A DNA stretch of 63,823 nucleotides, counting the filler, from Lenisia limosa (lineage: Eukaryota > Protista > Breviatea), in NCBI GenBank assembly GCA_001655205.1. It is 14 parts of 14 records of this genome, joined end to end, with 100 filler letters (N's around TTAATTAATTAA, not from the genome) between each part and the next. Parts side by side here need not be neighbours in the genome. Positions count along the whole stretch, not along the records: positions 51,922 to 57,058 come from LPNZ01008677.1; positions 57,159 to 62,373 come from LPNZ01011344.1; positions 62,474 to 63,823 come from LPNZ01007558.1; 11 more parts are not named here. One strand, 5' to 3'. The translations under genes and the position numbers were made by a program. Under the pieces are notes generated by a model. That model saw only the letters and a list, made by a program, of their open reading frames with translations, had not been told where the DNA came from and did not search any database. This document shows positions 51,939-63,823 of the stretch, one piece after another. Position 1 is the stretch's first letter; the number at the start of each line of letters is the position of its first letter.

Positions 51939-53200
51939 GATGGACCACCTCGGGAGTCAGCACCGACGGATGGACCTGCACAGTGACCTCAGCTGAACCC
52001 GCTCGCATTTCAATGTACAGCCTCAGCTGTGGTGATGGAACAGAGTCTTGCGGAACCACGTGTGGAAATGGCGTGATTGACGAGTATGAAGAATGCGACG
52101 TCGGCGCCACTTCTAGCGCCATGTGCGTGAACTGTGTGATCCAGCCAGGATACAAATGCGCCTCCGAGCCTTCCAAATGCGCTATCGACACGCCAAACGC
52201 CTGTTTTGCGTCCGCGCTCAGCGACAATCTCAGAACCTGCCTGAAATGCTCGTCATCCGAGCCTGAAATCTGCGGAACCTGCGGCGCTGGATTTGTTCCC
52301 TACGGTCCGGGCTGTCTAAGTCTTTCTGCCACCACGCACTCCATTGACGTTGTCAACGGAAGCCCCGGCCTGGCTCTTCTTCCCTGTACGCCTAATGCAA
52401 TTGGTCTCACCGTTGATGTCCCTGCTGGACTTGGTACTGCGATCTCTGATCTTGAGTTTTCTGTCGAACCAACTTCCACCAAGTACGCCGTTGTGGGATA
52501 TGACGCAACCGAGCCGATTCTCCAATTCTCTGTGAGCCCCTATCTCTCAGGCGTGGATCTTGGATCTACACAGCTTGTGACCCCTCTGGTCTTCAAAACA
52601 GCCATTCCCGCCTCTCTTCACCCCAGTGGCACTTTTAGCCTCCTCTACGTCTCTGGCTCTGAGCCCGTTTTCGCCAAAAATACATGCAACTTGCCTTATG
52701 AGGAAGTTATTGATGGTGTCCTCGTGACCCATGTCTGTCACCTGTCCACCTTTGCGGTGACAGAAATGACTGAGGCTTCCAACTCTTCCGACGATTCCGA
52801 TGACGTCACCGAAGTGGAGGCCGAATCCGCCGGCGGAGGTAGCAATACTGTGGTGTATATAGTTGTTGGCTTGTTTGTCATTGGCGGCGTGGGTGCCGGA
52901 GCCTTTGTTGCTGCCCGTCAGTCCAACATGATCAATGGTTATGGAAAAGTGGGAGGGGAGGTAAGGGTAGCTTCACTTTGGTTCGAAAAAAGACTGAATT
53001 TCTCGATAAATCCTCGAAAACTATCGGTCTTTTTTGAACCGAAGTGAAGCTATAGATAAGGGTGATATTGGCCAAATTCTGATTCACTATTTTTATAATC
53101 TCGACGTTCTTTGACAATGCAGCACTCCTCCCTCTCAACTGGTGTGGAAATGGAAACAACGGCCAACACCAGTACCTATACTACCAGGAGGAATTTGGTG
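51939..53200 (+). CDS. Single-pass membrane protein: Myxococcus-type Cys-rich repeat, furin/EGF-like Cys region, GPS-like motif, TM helix (5' end missing)
   Basis: Exon 51939-52960 encodes CGNGVIDEYEECDVG, CLKCSSSEPEICGTCGAGF, THVCHLSTFAV and the TM VVYIVVGLFVIGGVGAGAFVAA. A donor gag|gtaagg lies at 52961; the probable next exon is HSSLSTGVEMET. Confidence 0.75.
52968..53054. mobile_element. Family A hAT-type MITE inside an intron, next to the donor
   Basis: TAGCTTCACTTTGGTTC...GAACCGAAGTGAAGCTATA; flanks GGTAAGGG / GATAAGGG (7/8). Confidence 0.85.
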
Positions 53201-54639
53201 GGTTTGCTGCATTTGAGAGTTTTTGAAAATTTTGAAGCAAAATTGATATATCAAATGATTGGGTGAATTAATATTATACTATAATCCAATATCTCATATA
53301 AGCTTGATGGTGTGGACGGCTTCGGCCNNNNNNNNNNNNNNNNNNNNNNNNNNNNNNNNNNNNNNNNNNNNNNNNNNNNNNNNNNNNNNNNNNNNNGCCT
53401 GATCATACTAAATCTGTCAGTTGTGAAAAGTGTCTTAGACTGCATTGTAGAAATCTGTACCAAAATATGAGTGGATTGTTTGGCTGTAGATGCTCAAGGT
53501 TATCAATTAAGTCATTAATTCGAATTAATGACTTTATTTAGGACCTTGAGCATATTGTATGTATAAATGAATCTTTTGACTATGAATAATAAGGTAGTAG
53601 TAACTCTCTACATCTTTCTTAAACATTTCTTATTATTACAGTATTGGTGCCAAGTGTTGTGGCTTTTGTCCATATTAACCATTATCTTCTTATCTGTTAA
53701 TTTGGACGACTTCGATTTGAACATTGTTTTATCGCTCTATTCAAATCAGTTGCGTGTTATTTTCTTACTGTCCGATTATTGAACACTCTGTTGCACTTCC
53801 TTCATCAGCTTATGTTCTTCTTGTTTTGACTTCCCTAGGGAGACGATGCAACTGTCTAGTTGATTCTATTTAAATACCAAACTGTGTGGTTTAGACCTTT
53901 TTTGACAAAATGTATGATTCTCTAATTACTTGGGGGGGGGGGGGGNNNNNNNNNNNNNNNNNNNNNNNNNNNNNNNNNNNNNNNNNNNNNNNNNNNNNNN
54001 NNNNNNNNNNNNNNNNNNNNNNNNNNNNNNNNNNNNNNNNNNNNGGACGTTGTCTCGGATATAATTGTTTCCAACTAAAATTAACCTAATTCAAATATTG
54101 AGCTCATGGTTAGAACATGTTTTTAGTCAGAAGCTGTTAAATGCAGCAGTGTGTTTAATGATAGTTTTATTTCAGGTAAGAGGGATGTAAACAATGATAG
54201 CAACAACAGATTACATAATCGCACAATTGTAATTGTAAATATGTTAAGAGACTATTTCAGTTCACCTGAGATTTAACAAAAAATATGAATAACAATTCCT
54301 CTTTTGGAATATTTTTGAGCCAACCCTCCTCATCCCATGTTATTCTCCTAAACTAGGCTGTTTCTTCAATCAATACACAATTATGGGTTTTAACCCTATA
54401 CACAATCGTCCAACATGGTTGTCCTCCTGACACTGCAATCCTGGCTTTCAATATTCCGATCTCAATATCCTTACTATCATAGTCGAATAAGAAAGGAAGT
54501 AATAGGTTTCAATAGAGAAATTAAATAATCCATCTCTTAAACTGTCATACACGACACAACATTTTTCAAAATCATTGTTTTTGAACTAACAACACGTTAT
54601 CAGTTGCAAAACCTCAATAACCAGTGGAATAAAATACAA

Positions 54640-54753
54640 TACGGCGTTGATTTGGGATTCTTGTGAAAACGACCTCATAATTTACCTGGGGATCCCATGT
54701 GATTTGATGTATAATTTGAAGAAATTTATGGGATTCCCAAGTCGATGCGCCGC
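54640..54753. mobile_element. Family D inverted-repeat element (~130-150 bp); other copies at 1210-1341, 8737-8852, 46700-46848
   Basis: Imperfect TIR (C)GCGCATCGACTTGGGATTC...GAATCCCAAGTCGATGCG with internal GGGATTCCC motifs, in four scaffold pieces. Confidence 0.65.
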
Positions 54754-55349
54754 AGTTTATATAGTAGGCAAAGGTAACATGTAAGTCACAAAAGATTCTC
54801 GATATATCCTCGAGAAATAACGATATTTTATTCGTCTTTTTTCGAACCAAAGTGAAGCCCTCAATAAGTTCAAACATGAGCTTTATTGTGTACTTTCAAA
54901 AGGCGATGTTACCCCAGGTTTACTGTACAAATAATACATTAGAAACACTAGAATAAATAGCTCTAAACGCACAAAAATAAAAATAACGCCACCATCGTCA
55001 CTGCATAGACTGACCATGAACGGTATTGAGAGGTCTCTCCCACTCTGAACAAGTTAAAGGGGGAAAAGGAAGAGAGTGTTTGACGAGCCGATATTGTCCG
55101 CCCCCCCGCCCCATACGCCAATAGTCTTTATATATTTCCATCGTCCCCCCCTCACCATTATGGCTGGCTTCGCGCATGCGCCTAGTTCGCGTGGGGGAGT
55201 TACTTCCCCGCGACACACCGGGGAGGGGGGGTCTGACCAGATTAGGAAGGTTGCCAAAAGGGGTTAGAGATATAAAATCTCATATTACAAGATATATCAT
55301 ATTATAAGATATAATATGATGTGAAATAAAACAAGGTAAATTAAGAGTC

Positions 55350-56900
55350 CCACCGTCTCAATGAAGCACTGCCCTGGGAGGTGCCAGCTGTCCGTCGAGT
55401 GGACGTCTTCAGAGATTGTAAGTAAAAAGACGGAGGAGAGGAGAGTGAATTTGAAAACTTTACGAATCAAAAAAAAACGAAAATCTGTTGGCTCAGTAAC
55501 CCTCCCACCCATCCGGTTTCGAGATCGCTCATGCTGGGTCCGCCGCCTTGCAGGGGGCTGGAGTACCCCTGAGGTAATGACGGTACCCGGGAGGAACTGA
55601 ACTCCGACGCCATTTCCAATCCGGCCACGCCGGGTTCATGGTCGGCTCGGAGGGGAACAACCGTCGGCTCCGGCGGCTCACTTGCCTAATTTGGTGAGTC
55701 AGGCTTGGTACGGTTTTGAAAAACGGAATTTTGACACGGTTGAAATGAAATTCCAAATTACCCTTCCTACAGTCTCAAAAAACGCCTAAAAATATCGATA
55801 TTTATCGAGGATTTATCGAAAATACAGGGAACTACAATAAAGCGCAATACATACCTCTGGAGAGGGGGCGCGGGGCGGGGCTAATGATTCCGATTTCCGT
55901 ACCCGGGTCCCGGAACCCTCGGGGACCGACGAGGGCTTTTTCTGCGGACCAAACACTAGAATGNNNNNNNNNNNNNNNNNNNNNNNNNNNNNNNNNNNNN
56001 NNNNNNNNNNNNNNNNNNNNNNNNNNNNNNNNNNNNNNNNNNNNNNNNNNNNNNNNNNNNNNNNNNNNNNNNNNNNNNNNNNNNNNNNNNNNNNNNNNNN
56101 NNNNNNNNNNNNNNNNNNNNNNNNNNNNNNNNNNNNNNNNNNNNNNNNAAGACCGTAAAAATATCAATATATCGAGGATTTATCGAGGAATTCAGTCTTT
56201 TTAGGACCGTAGGGAAGCACTAGTAATTACCGAAAACCGAAGTGAAGCACTATATACCCCACATAGGATCCATAATACTACGCTACCCCCCAACAGAGTT
56301 GATTTTGGGTACTTTTCGTTTCAAAATTTTCCAATTGTACTCCCCCCCCCCACTAGATCCCTTAGATCCGCCCCAAACACGCCGGGTGTTTTCGGCAGTT
56401 ATNNNNNNNNNNNNNNNNNNNNNNNNNNNNNNNNNNNNNNNNNNNNNNNNNNNNNNNNNNNNNNNNNNNNNNNNNNNNNNNNNNNNNNNNNNNNNNNNNN
56501 NNNNNNNNNNNNNNNNNNNNNNNNNNNNNNNNNNNNNNNNNNNAGGAAGGTCACGTGGTTTTTTGACACTTGGGCTTTCCCAAATGGCAGGTTTTGGACC
56601 CTGGAAAGTGAGGATATACTGAATTGTTATATAGCTATGATATGTTATGTAGAAAGATGGGGGTAGATAATAAATTACCTTTGCAAATATTCACAAATAA
56701 AATTAAAAATATATATCATAATAAAATGCAAGATTCCAAAATTCAAAAGTGAACAAAATTGAGCATTTCGCCGACGTGAGAGGAGTAACTTGTTCCCATA
56801 TAGAGATCTTCAGGATCTAGGACAGCCGGGACGGATCGGAGGGCTGACGCGAGACGCAAAGGCTTGGCGCGAGGTGTGAAGCTGTTGCTACTTCTGGGGG
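55350..56900 (-). CDS. Hypothetical Pro/Ser-rich multi-exon protein fragment
   Basis: Exons SSNSFTPRAKPLRLASALRSVPAVLDPEDLY, EKALVGPRGFRDPGTEIGIISPAPRPLSR and ASEPPEPTVVPLRADHEPG..., with GT-AG sites. Confidence 0.4.
56149..56252. mobile_element. Family A: A2 right end followed by a residual A1 right end; further fragments at ~1130-1188, 54794-54862, 55759-55834
   Basis: GGACCGTAGGGAAGCACTA ends at 56222, then AACCGAAGTGAAGCACTA ends at 56252. Confidence 0.7.
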
Positions 56901-59900
56901 GGTTAGATAGGAATAATAGTAACCACAAAATAATATAACCAGGGGCAGGACAGCTAAATTATATTCATTTTTAATCTTTGGTTAAAAAATCAGAGGAAAG
57001 GGACAGAACTCAAACATGAAAGACTGAATATGCTTTTCTACAACCTATTTCAAAATAANNNNNNNNNNNNNNNNNNNNNNNNNNNNNNNNNNNNNNNNNN
57101 NNTTAATTAATTAANNNNNNNNNNNNNNNNNNNNNNNNNNNNNNNNNNNNNNNNNNNNTTATCGGTCCTCTTATTGGACCTAAGCAATACCCAAGAGTGT
57201 TCAATACGAATCTTCTAATAAACCGCCATATATATCCCATCATTCAATAACCCCCCACAATTCCCTTGGCAAGGTGGATCAACACTCCAATTATTGACAC
57301 TACAAAGTTGAATGGGTCCGTTTTGAAATGTTATTTATAATTAGTTTACCCCCCCCCCCCCCCCCNNNNNNNNNNNNNNNNNNNNNNNNNNNNNNNNNNN
57401 NNNNNNNNNNNNNNNNNNNNNNNNNNNNNNNNNNNNNNNNNNNNNNNNNNNNNNNNNNNNNNNNNNNNNNNGTGAAACTTAAGGCGGTATGCAACTCGGG
57501 TGGAGCAATTTGCCAGAAATAAAAGATATGGTTGGGGGGGGGGGGTATTGATTTATTTTTTTTGAACCTGGAAACAAGACTTGCACCCACTGATGTTACT
57601 TGATTCCTTTACATCACAGATAATAAAGGAGAGAACCTTGCGTTCAGATTGAGGGTTCATAAGACAGTCGTCCTCCAAGTAAGCTGCACATTCATAACAT
57701 AATCATCATGCCCATAATTTATATGATTTCTTGTGGTTGTGGTGCTCAAATACATCATCAACTCTTCGGTTTGTAAAACAAGATAAGGACTTAATATATT
57801 TATCGATATTTCTTTCTATGAATTCGATAGATAAGTCCAACAACTCTTCATGCCACCTTCTTAGGCTGATATCGATATATCTTGTTTGCCTCCAACTTTT
57901 GACTTCATTATTTGTATTGACAACACCCCGGGCAAGGGCATTGAGCAGCAAATGTAGAAGGAGTGCAACCTAGAGTAAGTTGAGTGTAGACGAGAATGAG
58001 AACATATTTCCATCAAAACCAAAGGGGAATTTATGAAAAATGATCTAAAATGACTTCATACCCATATAGAGACAGTGTACAAAACTGCCGTATCACATAA
58101 AAAGACCTACAAAGGAAGTGGCAGCGGTGATGGGCCGCTCGGCTCTTGCCACCCACCAGTTCACTGAGTGATAGAAGAATAACACTGAACTGTGAAACCA
58201 TTTAAAAATACGATTGAGAAAAACACCTCTCTCAATAAAGAGCAAATATCCCCCCCACAAATACAAAGCAAATATGGCCACGTGGGGTTAGGTGAATCAT
58301 CCATATTCTTCTCAGTCAGCGTAAACTGGTCATCCCTGTTGCGCAATGTAAATAACGATTGAAGAGGATAATAAATTGACTCTTTTAAAGAGTACATAAA
58401 ATAGAATACGATCTGAACATCGCACACAAATTCCGAGACGAGTCAAAAAAAAAAAAGAGCGATATCGCCTATGTACCTGAAATCTGTATTCCTCCACCAC
58501 CAACCAAAAGTCTTTTTCGCGAAGCTCCCGCACCAAAGTGAGCTGATCCTGCTTCTAAGACAATCAATGAAAAGTTGCTGAAACTATCGATACCAAATGT
58601 AGATTATTAAAAGAACAGATTCATCAAAAAAAGAATGAAAATAACGTACCATGGCGTATGTAACGTTGTGGCCGCTACTGACGGGTGAAATATCACCTGA
58701 AGGAATAAAAAAGGATCACGACTGGTTGATTGAGTGAATTGATATAATATGCCTCGAAATAAATGATTCAAAATTTGGACAGTAACCGACTGAATACCCA
58801 CCACTGTGAAAACTGAAACCGTCTTGGGAGAGACGAAGATCAAGCTAAACGGTTAGCAAAACAGAAAGAAAAGATTAACTGCAGGTAAATAGAATATTAT
58901 ACTCGTTAATATCGATCTCTCCATAGCCCAGAAAAGTACATATCATACTAGTATATGATATGATATATTGTTTCATAATATCAACCCCAAACATATAGTA
59001 AATACAACATATGATATGATATCATTGAAGCAACATATCTATGCGCGACATTTTCGATACGTCGCCATTTTCAATCAGATATGACGTCTCCCATGTGACT
59101 CTGTTTTCCGCCTACACTTGACAACTCATACGCACGAAGATTTGTTGATATATTTGTAGAACTGAATGTGGACGACTCCTGTGCGAAAGTAAAATGACAT
59201 TGAGAGGGGGGGGGGGGGCNNNNNNNNNNNNNNNNNNNNNNNNNNNNNNNNNNNNNNNNNNNNNNNNNNNNNNNNNNNNNNNNNNNNNNNNNNNNNNNNN
59301 NNNNNNAATATGTGAATTAATTTCGCTTAATTCAATCAACAGAGTCAAAATACCCACCTACCCATTTATAAAAGTAGCCCGAACTGAAGACCAGGACAAC
59401 CACTCCTATCAAAAATGGGATCTGACGCAATTAAACTCAACAAGCAAAGCTAATTGCAAAAGGCCACACCAGGCCGAAGCAACAGTATCAAGGTTTCCAA
59501 GCCCTGCCAACAACTGCTAGGAGACATATGCAAGCAGGAACACAGATGCTCCATTTCTCCTTGCCATTGTTGTTCTTGGACATCAGCATGAGGACCGCGG
59601 CAAGTACCTGGATCGCCATCCTTAACGGTGAGANNNNNNNNNNNNNNNNNNNNNNNNNNNNNNNNNNNNNNNNNNNNNNNNNNNNNNNNNNNNNNNNNNN
59701 NNNNNNNNNNNNNNNNNNNNNNNNNNNNNNNNNNNNNNNNNNNNNNNNNNNNNNNNNNNNNNNNNNNAATAATCTTCCAAGAGCTGTCAATTAGTGCATA
59801 CTTGGAGCGTCAGCGAAATGTACAAGGATCAACAAATGAATTGGCCAGCTGAGATCCTATCCGCTCAACACCGGGTTTTCTCCTCTCTATTAATTCAACT

Positions 59901-62900
59901 ATTCTTCTTTCTTTATATCCGGATAAGAGGAGCATGGCTACCACTGCCCGCCAGCGGGAAGCAGGGGCAACATCATATAAACTCCACAGTTTCTCTTGTA
60001 TATAATCACAATTTTTGCATTTTTGTTTTTTTACTCGTTTGAACTAATGATGCCTTCTGGGTTCTTGTTGTTAAGTTAGTGTATTTTTAAAAACGTACAC
60101 TGAGAGATGGCTCATCACTCGCCTCCCTCATCCCCACCCCTCCTTGACAATGATCGGTCTTCATCCACATTGAACTCCTTTGATGACCCGCCATCTATCG
60201 TTTCAATTCCTTCCCCTCTAGCTGTTAGTGGTGATGTGGCTCTTATAGCTTGGTATATATCACTATTTGCTTCCCCATCTTCTTTTATTTTGCGTGAATC
60301 TCGTTGTAGTCTTCTGGATCTCTTTTCTATAATTCTCTTCAAACCTCTTTTTAAAAACTATTTTCATTGCGGTACTATATTTGCTTCTAATAGTAAAAGC
60401 TTCCAGGATATAATAGGAACCCCACAGGCATAAACTCATCCCATCCACTTCCTTCCTGTTATTGACTTTTTTTTTTTTTNNNNNNNNNNNNNNNNNNNNN
60501 NNNNNNNNNNNNNNNNNNNNNNNNNNNNNNNNNNNNNNNNNNNCAAAACCTGTGTATGTGGGTCACGTGTTGGGAGATTGGAAACCCAAAACCCTAGATT
60601 GATCACAGTTTTCAGTTTCCTTGGCTCTTTGGTCCGATACTCTAATCTTGTCCATTCAGCCTTTAGTCCAATACTCTAATCTTTCCATTTAGCATTTGTA
60701 GCATTACTTCCCCCACTTTCCTCATCAAGACAGACGACACATTTCGGCAGCTCATTCGGACTCCAACCTATCTTCGCCAACTTTGTCGCACGCAAGCTCC
60801 AATGAAGGATCCAGGTGGGTTGGATGGGACAAAATATTCGGTTTAGGAAGTTTCGCTCATATGTTTGATCATATACTATAACCTTATTCCTCCAACACAA
60901 ACCCCCATACAATACATATCATACAGTATACCCTTCATATATACTCTACCATCACATAACACCCCCCCCCCCAGGTTCCATGCAGCACCCTCGGGGATGG
61001 CATTAGTCGGCCGTCCACCAAATAGACGACCCTCTCCCGTGGGCCTGGGATTATTTGAATTATTGGGTGTTTTTGGGGGAGTTGTGAAGCGTTTGTTCAC
61101 TCTGTTCTGTCTATACGTTGCTTCAAGCAAGTTCTTTGCTATTTTCAAGGTGAACTCCTCTATGAATGAGTCTGCATGTGTTGAATGACTGTAAATGAGA
61201 AAATGAAATTTCTCCACAAACACTAATGTCCACCAAATTAACGAACCATCAAGGTGTCAAGCGGACAGTTGCCACTCGAAGGTGTTCATCTTCCCGACCA
61301 ACTCGACGTTTTTGTTCCCGAAATACCTGCAAAGTGGGCTTGTTACGAGATAGCTCGGGTTGTGAGTTTGTATAGCTTCTCAACGGTCCCAAACCAGTTG
61401 GGCTATATGTTGTACTTTATGATTTTTAAATACGGTGTGATGAACTCAAATAATTGGTTGGATTACATGAAGCTGCTTTATAGAACTTCAGCTTTTCCTG
61501 CTTTCTCTTCTAAATTCCCCATCACTTTCAAGGCAAATTGAAGAGACCTCAAGACGTCTAAGTCCCTTGGAATCTCTGAGACCCTCCCCTCGCCTACGCT
61601 CCTCTTCCTCAGGTTAGCAGTTAGTTGACGTTTTGGGAGAGTAACCGAAGCTTTATTGGTCAATTAGCCGGATATTGAGTCACTGACGTTGTCTTCTTCA
61701 GGATTCACAGGGAGGCAAGGCGGGCGTGGCGGCAAACCTGAAGGCTCTTTTGTCCCCGAACCAGTTCCGAAGCAATCTCCCCCTCAGGGTCTTGCTCAAC
61801 GAAAGTGGGGGTTTGTCAAGTGTCTTATTTTCCATTTCTCTTGGCCAATTTGACACATTAGATCGCCCAAGGAGCACGGTACATTTGTGGCGGAAGACGT
61901 GAGCCATTCTCCAGCAAGATACCAGCCCGAATACGCAGTAGTAGGGTGGAAAAACTTAATATCGAATTGCTAAAGAAATATTTCTGAATTATATTCTGTT
62001 TAAATGTCAGAATTAATATTACCAAGGCCCCACGATCGAGCCAATTCGATAACGGAGGGCTTTCAGGTCAGTTTATTGCAGAACCTGGGGTGGCGCCTCA
62101 AACAAAAACACTGCTCCAAGCTACTGATGGACTGGGTTGGTGGAGCTGTTTCAGGAGCGCTTAGACTTGTGTATATCATGCTCTGTGGCTGATACATTCC
62201 CCATATCCGATAGACCTTGCATATTTGTTCTGTTTATAGATTCACTGAATACAGTTATTACATTAATTGCCATAGTAACTATTCCAGGTGACTCTCCTCA
62301 CTGGAAAGAGCCCAAACCGTCTCGATTCTCCACGCCCAAAATGGAACCTGTCCACCCCTACAGCCCAACTAAANNNNNNNNNNNNNNNNNNNNNNNNNNN
62401 NNNNNNNNNNNNNNNNNTTAATTAATTAANNNNNNNNNNNNNNNNNNNNNNNNNNNNNNNNNNNNNNNNNNNNTTTTTATGAATAATAGGTGTCATCTCA
62501 TCATCACTAACATCCCTCCATTGAAATAAAACATATCATAGAGATGGTGGTAGCCCCGGCTGACCTGATAATTGTTTTATCATTCTTAAATAGTGTTGGT
62601 AGTGAATACCCGGTTCAGTAATCGATTTTATACATATACACACAAATAATATGAAACTGTATAATATATGATATTGTTGTATATAGTATATATATATTGC
62701 TATGTTTAATTCGGTTTGGTTTCTNNNNNNNNNNNNNNNNNNNNNNNNNNNNNNNNNNNNNNNNNNNNNNNNNNNNNNNNNNNNNNNNNNNNNNNNNNNN
62801 NNNNNNNNNNNNNNNNNNNNNNNNNNNNNNNNNNNNNNNNNNNNNNNNNNNNNNNNNNNNNNNNNNNTTATCTTCAACTCTTCTGCGATCGCACTAAGAC

Positions 62901-63149
62901 CTGTCTTCAATTCTTTTGCGAATGCACTAAGACCTGAGACCGGACAGATATGATTAGAATAATATGAAATATATCTGAAATCACAGGTGTGGCGGATAAT
63001 TATATAATCCCATAATATGTAAATTCCCATCCTATGTTAATGATGAAACGGCTCCAGGAATTTGAGGTGATTGTCGCTGATTTGATTGGTTTGGATGATA
63101 TTTTGTATTTTATTTCACTTATAACATCATAGTGGAGGGGTGAAATATC

Positions 63150-63330
63150 ACCTGGGGGAGGTCCAGGAGGTGGAATTTGAAGGAAATACGGCGATTCAAT
63201 CCTGACCAGGGGTAAATACGGTTGGTAACTAACAACCTCCCATTATTCACCCCCGATAGTATGGATATTCAGTCCTTGGGTGGGCCAACAACAACAGCAA
63301 GCTTGAAACCGCCGCGTATCTTGAGAGTAT
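63150..63330 (-). CDS. Hypothetical protein, two small exons
   Basis: ADTLKIRGGFKLAVVCWPTQGLNIHTIG|GLNRRISFKFHLLDLPQ joined by a short GT-AG intron. Confidence 0.3.
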
Positions 63331-63434
63331 CAGCTGCCACCAATATGAGGTGTGGTGATGAAGAATGTACAGTATAATTATTTGATGTTTTAATGTGCAA
63401 TTCCACGAGGGTGAGGGGTAGCAGGTGAGATAAG

Positions 63435-63537
63435 TAGAGCTTCCCTACACGGTCCGAAAAAGACTTGTAAATATTATTTATTTATCGAGGATTTATCTTG
63501 AAAATCCCTCTTTTTAAGTGACCGTAGGGAAGCCCAG
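63435..63537. mobile_element. Family A MITE (A2)
   Basis: TAGAGCTTCCCTACACGGTCC...GACCGTAGGGAAGCCC; flanks GAGATAAG / GAGACAGA (5/8). Confidence 0.8.
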
Positions 63538-63823
63538 GAGACAGAATAAACCATAATACGATTGAATCACACATTGCAACCTCTTTCAAATTTTACAATA
63601 TTTCTCAATACATTCCACGAAATCCAAATTAAAATGTGTAAATATTTTAATATGGCCATGCATGACGCTCCCACCTGGCCAGCAGACTTTAAAATTGACC
63701 TTATTTTTAATCTGATCTGAGGATAAAGTGCGCTGAATCAGGATAAAGTGTGCCAAGCCTAGGATAAAGTGCGGTGACCAAATGAGCACTGGAATTACAT
63801 ATCCCTGTTCACAAAAACTTTTT

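Noticed and set aside
52961-53047. C-terminus VRVASLWFEKRLNFSINPRK of the 354-aa ORF (similar peptide in ORF 1403-1651)
   Set aside because: It is read-through past a splice donor into a family A MITE; the shared peptide is repeat-derived.
57600-62370. Retroelement or viral genes in the short ORFs (57706-57951, 60107-61907)
   Set aside because: No RT, RNase H, integrase, Rep or capsid motif recognisable by eye.

Overview
AT-rich, intron-rich eukaryotic (protist-like) DNA, read in the standard genetic code. It is not one locus: 13 artificial 100-bp spacers (44N-TTAATTAATTAA-44N) join 14 scaffold pieces. Genes I can recognise after manual splicing are a spliceosomal cyclophilin H (three 22-24 nt introns, one GT-TG), the C-terminal part of pyruvate:ferredoxin oxidoreductase (PFO), an MA3/W2-like protein, an IQ-motif protein, an SBF2-like domain protein, a GCC2_GCC3-type Cys-rich protein, a single-pass receptor with a GPS-like motif, and several hypothetical multi-exon genes. 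The dominant signal is a dense set of short non-autonomous repeats. Family A is a ~85-100 bp hAT-type MITE (TAGGGC ends, 8-bp TSDs, ~18 copies or fragments). G is a related hAT-type element, E a TA-flanked Tc1/mariner-type MITE, D and C further families, and F a ~650 bp TGT...ACA element in (TA)n tracts. Most interesting is family B, a ~120 bp repeat that repeatedly ends at the 3' splice site of unrelated introns and whose end is inverted-complementary to several intron 5' ends, making it a candidate intron-generating element (introner). All gene models, alignments and family assignments were made by eye; no database searches were run.
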